NCBI RefSeq assembly: GCF_009914755.1
Contig: NC_060940.1
Reading direction: 5' to 3' (one strand)
Origin: the human T2T-CHM13v2.0 reference genome, Homo sapiens
DNA length: 64,000 nt
A model generated the notes under the pieces. It made no database searches. It was not told where the DNA came from and saw nothing but the letters and a program-made list of their open reading frames with translations. Below are positions 50,601-62,367 of this stretch, piece by piece. The stretch's first letter is position 1; each line of letters starts with the position of its first letter. Both the position numbers and the translations under genes were made by a program.

Positions 50601-53595
50601 CTGCACACCTACAACTGTATGATATTTGATAAGGCTGACAAAAAAACAAGAAATGAGAAAGGAATTCCCTGTTCCATAAATGTTACTGGGACAACTAGCT
50701 AGCCATATGACAAAGATTCAAACTGGATGTCTGCTTTCAACATATATAAAAATTAACTCAAAATTGATAACAGATTTAAATGTAAGACATCAAACTATAA
50801 AAATCCTTGAAGACAACATGAAAATACTCTTCTCGACACCAGCTTTGACGAATACTTTTTGGCTAAGTATCCAAAAGCAATTGCAACAAAAACAAAAATA
50901 GATAAGGAGAGACTAATTTGCTAAAGAGTTACTATGCAGCAAACCAACCAGCTAACCAACCAACCAACCAACCAAACAAACAAACAAAACTATCAGCATA
51001 GTAAGCAGACAACCTACAGATTGTGGGAAGTTATTCACAAATGTTGCATCCAACAATGCCCTAATATCCAGAATTGTATTAGTTGGTTTTCATGCTGCTA
51101 ATAAAGACATACCCGATATTAGGCAATTTATCAAAAAATAAGAAGAAGAAGAGGTTTGATCCACAGTTCCACAAGGCTAGAGAGGCCTCACAGTCATGGT
51201 GGAATGTGAAAGGCATGTCTCATATGGCAGCAGACAAGAAAAGAGAACTTGTGCAGGAAAATCCCCCTTTATAAAACTATCAGATATTATGAGACATTCA
51301 CTCTCAAGAGAATAGCATGGGAAAGACCCGCCCCCACGATTTAATTATCTCACAGGGGGTTTATTCCACAATATTAGGAAATTACTGAAGCTCCAATTAA
51401 GATGAGAATTGGGTGGGGACACAGTGAAATCATATCATTCTGCCCCTGGCTCCTCCTAAATCTCATGTACACACATTTCAAAATGGATCATGCCTTCCCA
51501 ACAGTCCCAAATTCTTAACTTATTTCAGCATTAACTGAAATGTCCACATTCCAAGGCCTCATCTGAGACAAGGCAAGTCCCTTCTGCCTATGAGCCTGTA
51601 AAATCAAAAGTAAGTTAGTTACTTCCTAGACACAATGGGAGTACAGGTATTGGGTAAATAGAGCAATTCCAAATGGCAGAAATTGGCCAAAACAAAGGGG
51701 CTAAAGGCCCTGTACAAGTCCAAAATCCAGTGGGACAGTCAAATCTTAAAGCTCAAAAAAGATCTATTTTGACTCCATGTCTCACATCCAGGTCATGCTG
51801 ATGTAAGTGTTGGGTTCCCATGGTCTTGGGCAGCCATATGCCTCTGGCTTTGCAGGGTATAGTCTTTCACCCAGCTGCTTTCACTGGCTTGCTCTGAGTG
51901 TCCATGGCTTTTCTAGGTGCATGGTGCAAGCTGTTGGTGGATCTACTATTCTGGGGTCTGAATAACTGTGGCCTTCTAATCATAGCTTCACTAGGCAATG
52001 CACCAGTGGGGACTCTGTGTGAAAGCACACACCCCACATTTTCTTTCCTCGCTGCCCCTAACAGAGGTTCCCATGTGGGCCCCTCCCTGCAGCCATCTTC
52101 TCTCTGGACATCCAGGCATTTACATACATCCTCCGAAATCTGGGCAGAGGTTATTAAACCTCAATTCTTGACTTGTGTGCACCTGCAGGCTCAACACCAA
52201 ATGGAAGATGCTAAGGCTTGGGGCTTTCACCCCTTGAAGCCACAGCCTGAGTTGTATGTACCTTGGCCCCTTTTAATCATGGCTGGAGCAGCTCCGATGC
52301 AAGGAACCGGGTCCCTAGACTGCACATAGCAGAGGGACCCTGAGCCCAGCCCATGAAACCATTTTTTCCTCCTAGGTCTCTGGCTTACGATGGGAGAACC
52401 TTCCACAAAAGTCTCTGACATGCCCTGGAACATTTTCTGCATTGTCTTGGTGACCAACATTTGGGTCCTCATTACTTATGTAAATTTACGCAGCTGGCTT
52501 GAATTTATCCTAAGAAAATGGGATTTTATTTTCTATTGCATTGTCGGGCTGCAAATTTTCTGAACTTTTATGTTCTACCTCCTTTTTAAAACTGAGTGTG
52601 TTTAACAGCACCGAAGTCACACCTTGAATACTTTGTTGCTTAGAATTTTTTACTGCCAGATACCTGGTATCATCTCTCTCAAGCTCAAAGTTCCACAAAT
52701 CTCTAAGGCAGAGGCAAAATGCCACCAGTATCTTTGCTAAAGCCTAACTAGAGTCAACTTTGCTCCAGTTCCCAACAAGTTCCTCGTCTCCATCTGAGGC
52801 CACCTCAGCCTGGATTTTATTGTTCACATCATTATCAGCATTTTGGCCAAAGCCATTCAACAAATCTCTAGAGAGTTTCAAACTTTCACACATTTTTTTC
52901 TGTCTTCTTCTGAGCCCTCCAAACTGTTTCATCCTCAGCGTGTTTTCCAGTTCCAAATTCGCTTTTATGTTTTTGAGTATCTTATCAGTAGCACTTCACT
53001 CAACTGATACCAATTTACTGTATTAGTTGCTTTTCATGCTGCTGATAAAGACGTACCTGAGACTGGGCATTTACAAGAGAAAGAGGTTTAATAGACTCAC
53101 ACTTCCACGTTGCTGGGGAAGCCTCGAAATCATGGCAGAATGTGAAAGGCACATATCACATGGTGGCATACAAGAGAAGAGAGGACATGCAGGGAAACTC
53201 CCCTTTATAAAATCATCAGCAAGAGAGGAGAACTCATGCAGGGAAACTCCCCTTTATCAAATCACCAGATCTCATGAGACTAATTCACTATCATGAGAAT
53301 AGCATGGGAAAGACCCCCCCACCATGATTCAATTATCTCCCACGGGGTCCCTCCCACAACACATGGTAATTATGGGAGCAACAATTCATGATAAGGTTTG
53401 TGTGGGGACACAATCAAACCATATCAAGAATGTATAGGAAACTTAAACAAATCAAGAATCCAAAGACAAATAACCCCATTAATAAATGGGCAAATAACAA
53501 GAACAGACACTTCTGAAAAGAAGACTTACAGGTGGCCAGCAATATTTTAAAAGATTCTCATCATCACTAACCATCAGAAAAATGCAAATAGAAAA
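50601..53595 (+). mobile_element. L1 ORF2 segment in opposite orientation, interrupted by THE1
   Basis: L1 ORF2 C-terminal sequence at 50605-51074 resumes at 53427-53595. Confidence 0.8.
51075..53426 (-). mobile_element. Full-length THE1 (ERVL-MaLR, THE1A/B-like): LTR-internal-LTR
   Basis: LTRs 51075-51437 and 53019-53426 (TGTATTAG...CATATCA on + strand), ~1.6-kb internal region, 5-bp TSD AGAAT (51070-51074 / 53427-53431). Confidence 0.92.
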
Positions 53596-54089
53596 ATGTT
53601 CTAATTTTTGTCACTATAGGTTAATTTTTTCTGTTTTGAACTTATTTTTGTTATTTTTAGGTTTATTTATGTAATTTCATGTCTCAAGGTTTTGTCATCA
53701 TATATATACATATGTACGTACTAATACACATATGAATATTTCATATCTGAATCAATCCATAACATCAGTAAATGACAGTTTATTAAGTAAATAAATCAGT
53801 TTATTATGTGAAATAATGACAATATGTATATTTGTTTTCCTGTTGATGAAATTTAAATTTCTTTCCAACATAAATGTTATAAACAAACTGTTATAACTAT
53901 TTTCGTACAAGTTTTTCTGTTTATATTCTCACATATTGATAAAATACGTAGAAATATAAGTATGCATTTTTTTATTATAAGACTGAGTTACATTTTCAGC
54001 TTTATGGAGCTAAAGTTGACAAATAAAATTGTATGTATTTAAGGTACACCACTTGATGTATTGATATACATGGGAAAATGCTGGATGAT

Positions 54090-54865
54090 AAATAAGTAAA
54101 CAATGCTAAACAGCACTAATTATCAGGGAGATGCAAATTAAAACTGCAATGATATTTCTTAAACCAGTCAGAATGGCTACTATTAAAGAGCCAAAAATAA
54201 CAGGTATTGGTGAGGATTGAAGGCAAAAGGAACGCTCGGACACTTGTGGTGAGGATGTAGATTAGCACAGCCTCTATGGAAAACAGTATGGAGATTTTTC
54301 AAAGAAGTAAAAGTAGAACTACTTTGATTCGATAACCACAAATAACTACCTAAAGGAAAAATAAATCATTATATCAGAATGATAAGCCGACTTTTGTTTT
54401 CTTGCAGAACTATTCATAATAGCCCAGTCATCAAACTTAGGAATTAACCTATGCCTAACAACAGATAATTTTATAAAGAAAATGTTACATATATATACAT
54501 TTAAATACTATCCAGCCATATGAAGGAATGCAATCATATCTTTTGCAGCTACATGGATGGAATTCATCATTATTTTAAGTATAATAATTGAGAAACAGAA
54601 CATCACACACCACATGTTCTCACTTATAAATGAGAGCTAACTCATATGTGCACAGGGACATAGAGAAAGGAATGATGGACACTGGAGACTCAGAAAGATG
54701 GGAGAGCAGAAGGTGGGAGAATGGTGAGAAATTACTTAATGGGTACAATGTACATTATTTGGATCATGGATACATTAAAGCCAAGACTACTATGCAATAT
54801 ATATATGTAACAAAATTGCAGTCACTCCCCACAAATTTATACATATAAAATAAAAACAAATATAA
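54090..54865 (+). mobile_element. L1MA-type 3' fragment
   Basis: atcagggagatgcaaattaaaac...cacatgttctcacttataaatg...A-rich tail. Confidence 0.8.
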
Positions 54866-55408
54866 TTAAAACATGATTATTAACAGTTGATCAACAATAC
54901 TGAAAATTAAAATTGTGACCAATAAATGAAAATAACGTTAGTTGAACTTCAAATTTTAAAACATTTTCTACTCAAGTGACTATCAAGAAAATTAAGGACA
55001 AGCTGCAAAGGAGAAAATATTTGCAAGTCATATATCTACCAATGTAATTATAATATGAACCGGCAAACCTCGAAGATGTACAGATGACACACCAGCATAT
55101 GAATGTGATTTTCCACTAGAGAACTGCAAATCAAGACCAAAAGGAGACACTACCATAGACTTCCTAGAAAGACAAAAAATAAAGAAGAAATACTGACAAT
55201 ATCAGCGTCGGTGAAGAAGTCAGGCACCCTAGAGACTAATATATTGCTAGTGGGAATGCAAAATGAAACAGTTTCTGGGAAAATCATTTACAGTTTCCTA
55301 TACAATTAAACATGTCCTTAATCCATGACCTAGAACTCTCACTCCTAAGTTTGTCCTACAAAGGATTAAAATCATATGTTCACACACATGTATTCAGATG
55401 TTTAACAT

Positions 55409-55439
<31 letters not shown>

Positions 55440-58222
55440 TATGTTAGAAACTAAAAACAACATGAATGTCTTTGAAAATTTGACATAAAGCATTACAGGT
55501 GAACTCCAGACTTTCTTCTGAGTGACAGAAGGCCTGCCTGAAAGATCCCCAGAGACACAGTTGTGGATTTCACTGTCACCCTCGCATGTCATTGGTTTGG
55601 GCTGGGCTCTCTCTGTCTCTTCCCTGACCAGGACCAGATGTTGAGCTCCACTACTTGCAGTTGGAAGTTTATATTTTCAACAATGCACTGAGGTCTAAGT
55701 TGCTCTACAGATGGAACCAAACAAACATGGGCGCCTTTGAACAAACAGTGCCTGACATTTGTACTGATCCCAGGAGAACTCTTCCCAGCTCTCTTTCTTC
55801 TTGGTTCTCTCCTGCAGGCCAGCAGCCCTGCAGTTTAGCCTGGATCTCCCATGCATTCACCCATCTCCGTCCAAGTGCATTTTACCACAGCCTCCACCGT
55901 TTTTGAAGCAACTCTTGGGCTTTGTAATTCTCCACACTCTGTTGTAAATGAAGTCAGGTCCTTCAAGACCAGATTCGGGACTCTATTTTATGACCAAATT
56001 TCAGCCTCACCCCCGCTCCTGAGACAGAGCTCCAAGATAAGATTCTGCAGGTGGAGATTAGGAGTGTTTTTCTTCTTCAAGGTAGGAGCTGAGTGCTCAG
56101 TGCAGGGTTGGGGAGAAACTTTCCACTTTATCAGCATGCAGCTCCTGCTGGGGTAGACCTTCTTCCATAGAAGCAGGGTTGGGAACCAGGGGGCCAACGT
56201 CTTCAGTGCTGCTGCACCCAGGGCAGAGCCTTCATCCATCAGTGAGGCTGTGTGGAAGAAGTGAGTCTCTGGTTCTCAGTAGCTCTTGTCCAGAACTGAG
56301 CCTCAGCAGCATGTTCTGTCGGCCCCAGTGTCCTGGCCCCTAGGGAGCAGCATCCTAAAATGGGAGCTAGCATATTTGAGAATAACAACATCTACGCATT
56401 CAGAAGCTCTTTGGTTTTCTTTCCAGCTAATATAATTTCCTCTTTTTTGTGTAGCAACCTGTACACATGCATACTGATGCATAGAGACCTATGACACTTT
56501 TTTCTCGATAAGTAAAAAATTATTGGTCACTGTGATCTTTTCTCCAAGTTCACCATTTCCCTGAAGGTGAGCACAGGTCCTTCTGCATGTGTTCAAACAA
56601 AAGGCCCAGAGACTACCTGGTAAGTGAGGTGCTCACCTGGTTCTGGATGTTTGGTCTGTCTCCTCCCCTCTGTTGCCCCACACAAGGTCAGCCCACTCTT
56701 TCCAGGTCCGAAGAAGAGAGCACAGTTTTGTCCTGATTATATGACTCACCCAGCTTCTGATGATTCTCCTGTTGCCAGCGTCCATGGAGGCAGATTATTT
56801 ATTATGTAATTCACTAAACTAATATCAAATAACAAAGCTGTAATGCCCCACACCCAAAGGTATGTTCATGCAATTCAGTGGAGGAGAGGGCCTTTCAGAG
56901 ATAGAAGGATCGAGCTAGATTGGTCAATATATGAATGAGGACACTAGACTTGATTGTCGTTGTCCTGCCCCGTGTCACAGGTGTGATCTGTCAGGGCAGA
57001 AGCAGAGTTCCTTGTGTGCTCAGATGAGAGGGGTCACGGAGGTTCTCTCTGGTTCCCAGGAAAGGTAATTGCAGTAATCTTGGTGATGAGACTATTCTCC
57101 AGTGCTGACCTATTATAGAGTTTGCATATGAAATTGTCACTGCAATCCCCAATCTACATCTTTTAACACGGAAGTGTACAGAGGTCAGGCCACATCCTCA
57201 GGATCACACATTAAGGAGAATGGAGATCTGCCCCATTGCTTTCTCCTGCGATCTCCAATAGATCTCAGGATTCAAAACGACTCAGAAGGAAAGGTCTCAG
57301 GTGCTTCTGTTAAAATCACCCACTTCCTGGGACCGGAAGTTTCCCTCTAACCACGATGGATAAAAATAAATCACACTCCTGATCTTTTCCACATCCAAAG
57401 ATTCCTGAAGGCAGAGCTGATTGATATCCTCACAGATAGACTACTGCCTTTCAGAGGTGAACTTGGTATTCAAGTTCCAGCAATTCTGAGAATTCAAGGA
57501 CACCTCCATCTCTCCACTACTTTGCACCTCACCTAAAAACAGCTCTCTTGTTAGAGTGTCTTGTTTCCTGATGTAAATACATCACAAAATTATTTTCAAT
57601 AGAGTGAGAAATAAAACCCAAGCTTATTCAAAACACAGATTCCTTGGAAATTATTCTGAGAGCTGGGAGTTCATGAAGAACTCCTAATTGCTATGCCAAC
57701 CCTTCATTGCTATTGTCAGTCTTATGAGAAAATCAGCGCCAATCACACATCACAGGCCAAATCAGTAAACTAAAAGTCTTCTGTTAAAGATCTTAGGATC
57801 TCAGGCAGATGCTGAAGACACTGTCTCAGGAGCACCCAGCTTGTCCATAGGCCCTGCTGGACACTCACATGGGACATCCAGCATTCTCTTTCTCAGAGTC
57901 ACCAGTGGTCTGTGCGGGTGGCTGATGAGACCAGAATGAGGCAAAGGCATCTGCTCAGTGTCGTAGTGATGGTCCAAGAAATGATCCAGATTGTCTCCAT
58001 GCTAATCAAATATGGGTTCACTGTGAGGAACGCGTCCTGTGGGTGCTGGTTCTTCAGTGAAAGGACCTCTGTCCACAAAGTGTTTGGAAATGGAGCAGGG
58101 CATGCATTTCCTCAAGTGGGATTAGGACTTGGACCATCACCATCTCACTTTTGTATGGCTGATGTGCCATTTATCCTCTCTTTCTTGTCCTGAATCAGGT
58201 CTTGAGTTATAAAATTCTCTGA

Positions 58223-58266
58223 ATCATGAATATGCAAATATCATGAGATCCACTGAGATTAAATAT
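58223..58266 (+). promoter_or_regulatory. IGHV promoter: heptamer-like ATCATGA, octamer ATGCAAAT, TATA-like TTAAATAT
   Basis: Perfect octamer at 58232-58239, about 110 bp upstream of the leader ATG; canonical VH promoter layout. Confidence 0.88.
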
Positions 58267-58347
58267 GGTTATTCTTGTGCCCTGAGAGCATCACCCAACA
58301 ACCACATCCCTCCTCTAGAGAAGTTGCTGAGAACACAGCTCCTCACC

Positions 58348-58780
58348 ATGGACTGGACCTGAAGGATCATTTTTTTGGTGGCAGCAGCTACAGGTAAAGG
58401 ACCACCTACTCCGAAGGATGAGAGGACTCTTTTCAGTCAAAAAGAATTTCATCCACTCCTGTATTCTCTCCACAGGTGCCCAATTCCAGGTGCAGCTGGT
58501 GCAGTCTGGGGCTGAAGGAGGAAGCTTAGGGCCTCAGTGAAGGTGTCCCGCAAAGCTCTGGATACACCTTCACCAGCTACGATATTCACTGTGTGCGACA
58601 GGCCCCTGGATAAGGGTTTGAAAGGATGGGAGGGATCTACTCTGGCAATGGTAAGACAGGCTATGCACAGAAGTTCCAGGGCAGAGTCACCATGACCAGG
58701 GACATGTCCACGAGCACAGCCTACATGGAGCTGAGCAGTCAGAGATCTGAGGACATAGATGTGTACTACTGTGCGAGACA
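58348..58780 (+). pseudogene. IGHV1OR16: IGHV1-family V pseudogene (IGHV1-14-like; probable IGHV1OR16-1/-2 orphon)
   Basis: Leader exon 58348-58393 MDWT* (TGA 58360-58362), intron, V exon from 58476 (QVQLVQSG...GYTFTSYDIH...[14 protein letters not shown]...YYCAR). Two 1-nt deletions in FR1, 1st-Cys>Arg, conserved Trp>Cys, TAA at 58611. Confidence 0.92.
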
Positions 58781-58819
58781 CACAATGTGAAAACCCACAT
58801 CCTGAGACAGTCAGCAATC
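58781..58819 (+). other. 23-spacer recombination signal sequence of the IGHV1 pseudogene (degenerate)
   Basis: CACAATG + 23 nt + TCAGCAATC. Confidence 0.88.
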
Positions 58820-61179
58820 CTGAGGGAGGTGGCAGCAGTGCTGGGCTTGAGAGATGACAGGGATTTTATTTGCTTTAAAGACTTTTTTTAGAAAGCGAGT
58901 TTAAGTCATTGCTGAAAAAAGGAAAATAGAAATGCGTATGGACTCTAATTATGTGGGAAATTTTCCATACAACTTTTATTCTGTAAGCAAAATTCAGGGA
59001 GTGGAGAACAAATCAAATTAATAAAACCAATAATAGAATTCCTCTGAAAATATTAGTGCGAGCATAAGTTTTGGAACGGGTGTTGTAAATGTTTTGGAGC
59101 ACAGCTGCTAAGATCACATTTTAACTCTACACTTATCTCCATTATATAAAATATCAAAATGTTTTAATGTTTTCCATTTTGTGCAATTATAATTTTGTGT
59201 TCATGCCAGCAATGCATGATAGATCTTGTTCTTCCGCATCCTCATTGCCATTTGGCACTATGAGTATTGCGTATTTTAACTATTCTAATAGATTAGTAGT
59301 GATATCTCATTGTTGTTTAAACGCACATATTTCTAATTAAAATTTTGTATTTAATTATTTCATATAATTGTGATGAAGTGTCTCGTATGGTATGTGGATT
59401 ATTTTTTATTGCATTGTTTCTTTTTGATCAGTTGTAAGTTTCCTTATATACCCATTATATAAGTCACTCACGAAGTTAACAAAAAATTGATTAACAAATA
59501 TGTGTTTTACAAGTGTATTCTCCAAATTGTAGTTGTTGTTTTACTCCCATATCAGTGTCTGTGGCAGAAAAATATTTATATACATATGTGTGTGTGTGCA
59601 TATATATATAGTGTGTGTGTGTGTGTATGTGTAAACTTACATAAAATAATTATTTCATAGCTCATACTTTCGGCATGATATCTAAAAACTAATTATGAAT
59701 TCCACTAACAGGATTTTTCTCTTGTCTCTAATCTCAGGCCACAATCACAGCATAATTATTTGAATTTCTCCTATTTAATGAGAAGATTATTAAGATGTTT
59801 AGAATTCTTCTGAATGGAAGGTGCCTTTTTTCTAATTTTCTTTATTCAATAATCTGTTAATGTTGGTGTTGGCTCATGAATGTTTATTTTTTACTATGGA
59901 GAAGATCTGGTGCTACATTATTTATTTTATCGCTCAAATCACCACAGCTTTTTTTTAGGTTCTGTGAGCTCATTTAGTTTGGATTCTGTATTTTTACAGC
60001 ATGCCCCATCCTTTTGTTTTTGATCACTTCCCTATTTCCTGGTGTTACAAGAAATACTAAGCTCATTATCTCTATTATCTTTTCTACACATAGAATCAGT
60101 TATTTCTCCAAGGATTGCCGGTCCTTGATATTAAAGAATTATATTAACACACAAAATTATGATGTTGGGTGTGTGTGTTGTTAATGTACTGTCAGTGTTT
60201 CTAGAATCTCTAAGCTAACAGGCCTAGAAAATGTGTATGTATATATTAACCCATGTTAATGGACCCATCTAATCTATTTATGTATCCAATCTTCTGTATG
60301 TTTATTGCCTCAAACTTTAGAACACTGGTATCTACAATCTACTATGATGATACATGAATGTTTCAAGCTTTCCTTCCTTGCCTGTCCATAACCACCTACT
60401 GCAAAGTGAGGAACCCCTCCCATCATTGGCCATTCATTCAATTTGTTGTACAATTTAGAATATATGCATCGTGGTATTAGAATTGTTAACTTGTACCCCT
60501 GTTGGAAGTATGTTTATTGACTAGAAAAAAGTGTTTAAGTGCAGTTTCTTTATACTTTAGATTTACAGAACACCCTGATTTCTAAGTTATATAGGTGAGA
60601 AACTTTATGTGCCACCTTCTTCAGTGAGGTTATTTGAAATATGTTGTATACATTTTATTTGACATTCTGTAAAAGACAAAACTGTAGATGTCATAAATAT
60701 ATGAGGATTTTCTAGAAATTTAGAGAGAGGGTATGCATTAGGAGAAAAAGGTACTGTTTGCAAACAGTGAAACTTTTTTATGATCTGCAGTAGTGAACGC
60801 ATGACACAATTTGTTAATTCTCATAATTCTATGATGTAAACTATGAATCTAAATATATACAACTTATAAAATGATGTAGCACATCATGAACCCCAGGATA
60901 AAATGCAGAGTGTACAAAAATAAAATATCAAATACATTTACACCGTGTGGGCAGGGAATTGCATGAGATGCAGGCAACAAAGAATGAAGTAACTTTCCCC
61001 ATTTGCACATAAGATGTTTCCATTCACAAGAGACTTTTCTTTTATCAGGTTCATGTGCAACCAAGTTTCCCTGCTGACAAGCAATTAATCCAGATGATTC
61101 GCATCTTCCTTTGACTGAGAAAGATTTCCCTCAAACTTCAGCTCAGTCCAGGCACACACCGTCTCTGAATGGGCATTTA

Positions 61180-61345
61180 CCATCAGACAATGCCCACACC
61201 TGTCCCCACGTGGACCTTTCCCTCAGACAAACGCATCCTCAGGTTGACTCTTCCCTCAGACAAGCACCCCTGTCTTCATGTGAACTCTTCCCTCAGATAA
61301 GCACACATGTCCCCACATTGACTTTTTCCTCAGACAAGCACATAT
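61180..61345 (+). repeat. Imperfect ~35-37-bp tandem repeat (TTCCCTCAGACAAGCAC...)
   Basis: About 5 copies of the core CCTCAGACAA upstream of the clan III V gene. Confidence 0.75.
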
Positions 61346-61773
61346 AGCTGACAACGAACAGTTATGTGGCAAGATGAGCTTAGGATAGTGGTAATTATGG
61401 ACTCCAGCTCTGATAGTTTGTAGAAATTGTCATTTTTAAAATTCTAACTGAAGACTTTCCTTTATTGTAGAAGACAGTCCTTTACAGCTCTAATTGCACA
61501 GCCTACAGGCAGGAGTCCATTTCCTCTGGGCAAGGTTTATTTTTATTTGTTTACTGTACTTATTTGTTGATAAATATTGATACTATAAAGATACCCTATA
61601 GGGGTCCACATACGAGAAAAAAAAGAGTAATGGGCAGATCAACCCTGAACATCCAGTCCCAGGAATCCTTTGACCCTGCCCTCCCTGGAATCCAGAGACA
61701 GAGATGGGAAGAGGCCTGCTGAGCAGTGCACTCATGTCCCCAGGGAGAAAGACATGGAAATGAAGCCCCTCCT

Positions 61774-61781
61774 CTGCAAAT
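61774..61781 (+). promoter_or_regulatory. Degenerate VH octamer (CTGCAAAT)
   Basis: 7/8 match to ATGCAAAT, about 80 bp upstream of ATG 61862. Confidence 0.6.
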
Positions 61782-61861
61782 GAAAAGTAGCTCATCCCCT
61801 GTTCCTGTAGATCCTGGTGAGGAGCCACCCCACATCTGTGCCCTTCCTTAGTGTCCACACC

Positions 61862-62287
61862 ATGGGGTCTGTGCTGATCTGGGCTTCTCTTGTCATCACT
61901 CTCAATATCCAGGTTCCCCGTGGATCAGGCCCTGCTGTGGCTGCTCAAAGGTGGGGCTGTTCTCAGTCTGTTGCCTCTGTGTTTGCAGAAGTCCCCTGTG
62001 AAGTTAACTAACGGAGTCAGACAGAGAAATACTACAGACCAGGAATTCTGCCTTTTCTGCAAAGCCTCTGGATTCACTTTCACTGAAAACAGCATAAGCT
62101 TGATCCAGCAGGCTTCATGACAGGGGTGGGTGTGGGTAATAACAATAATTCAAATGGAAGTTCTCAGTGGGACTCTCCTTGAGTAAAAAGATGATTAACA
62201 ATCCTCAAATACACTCAGTTCAGGAGATTCTCTTTTAAGATGATTAACCTGAGAGCTCAGGAAAAGTCCGTGTATTACTTTGAGGGA
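61862..62287 (+). pseudogene. Highly degenerate clan III IGHV pseudogene (IGHV(III)-13-1-like orphon copy)
   Basis: Leader-like MGSVLIWASLVITL; acceptor TGTGTTTGCAG ending 61988; CKASGFTFT motif; FR3 end CTGAGAGCTCAGGAAAAGTCCGTGTATTACTTT (YYC>YYF); multiple stops and frameshifts. Confidence 0.85.
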
Positions 62288-62326
62288 CACAGTGAGGGGA
62301 CATCTGAGTGAGCTCAGACACCAACC
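62288..62326 (+). other. 23-spacer RSS of the clan III V pseudogene (near consensus)
   Basis: CACAGTG + exactly 23 nt + ACACCAACC. Confidence 0.92.
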
Positions 62327-62367
62327 TCCCTGCAGGGGGACAGGAGGGGACTGCCTGGTAGATGCTT

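Noticed and set aside
58449-58817. 122-aa minus-strand ORF over the V exon
   Set aside because: Antisense shadow of the IGHV1 pseudogene.
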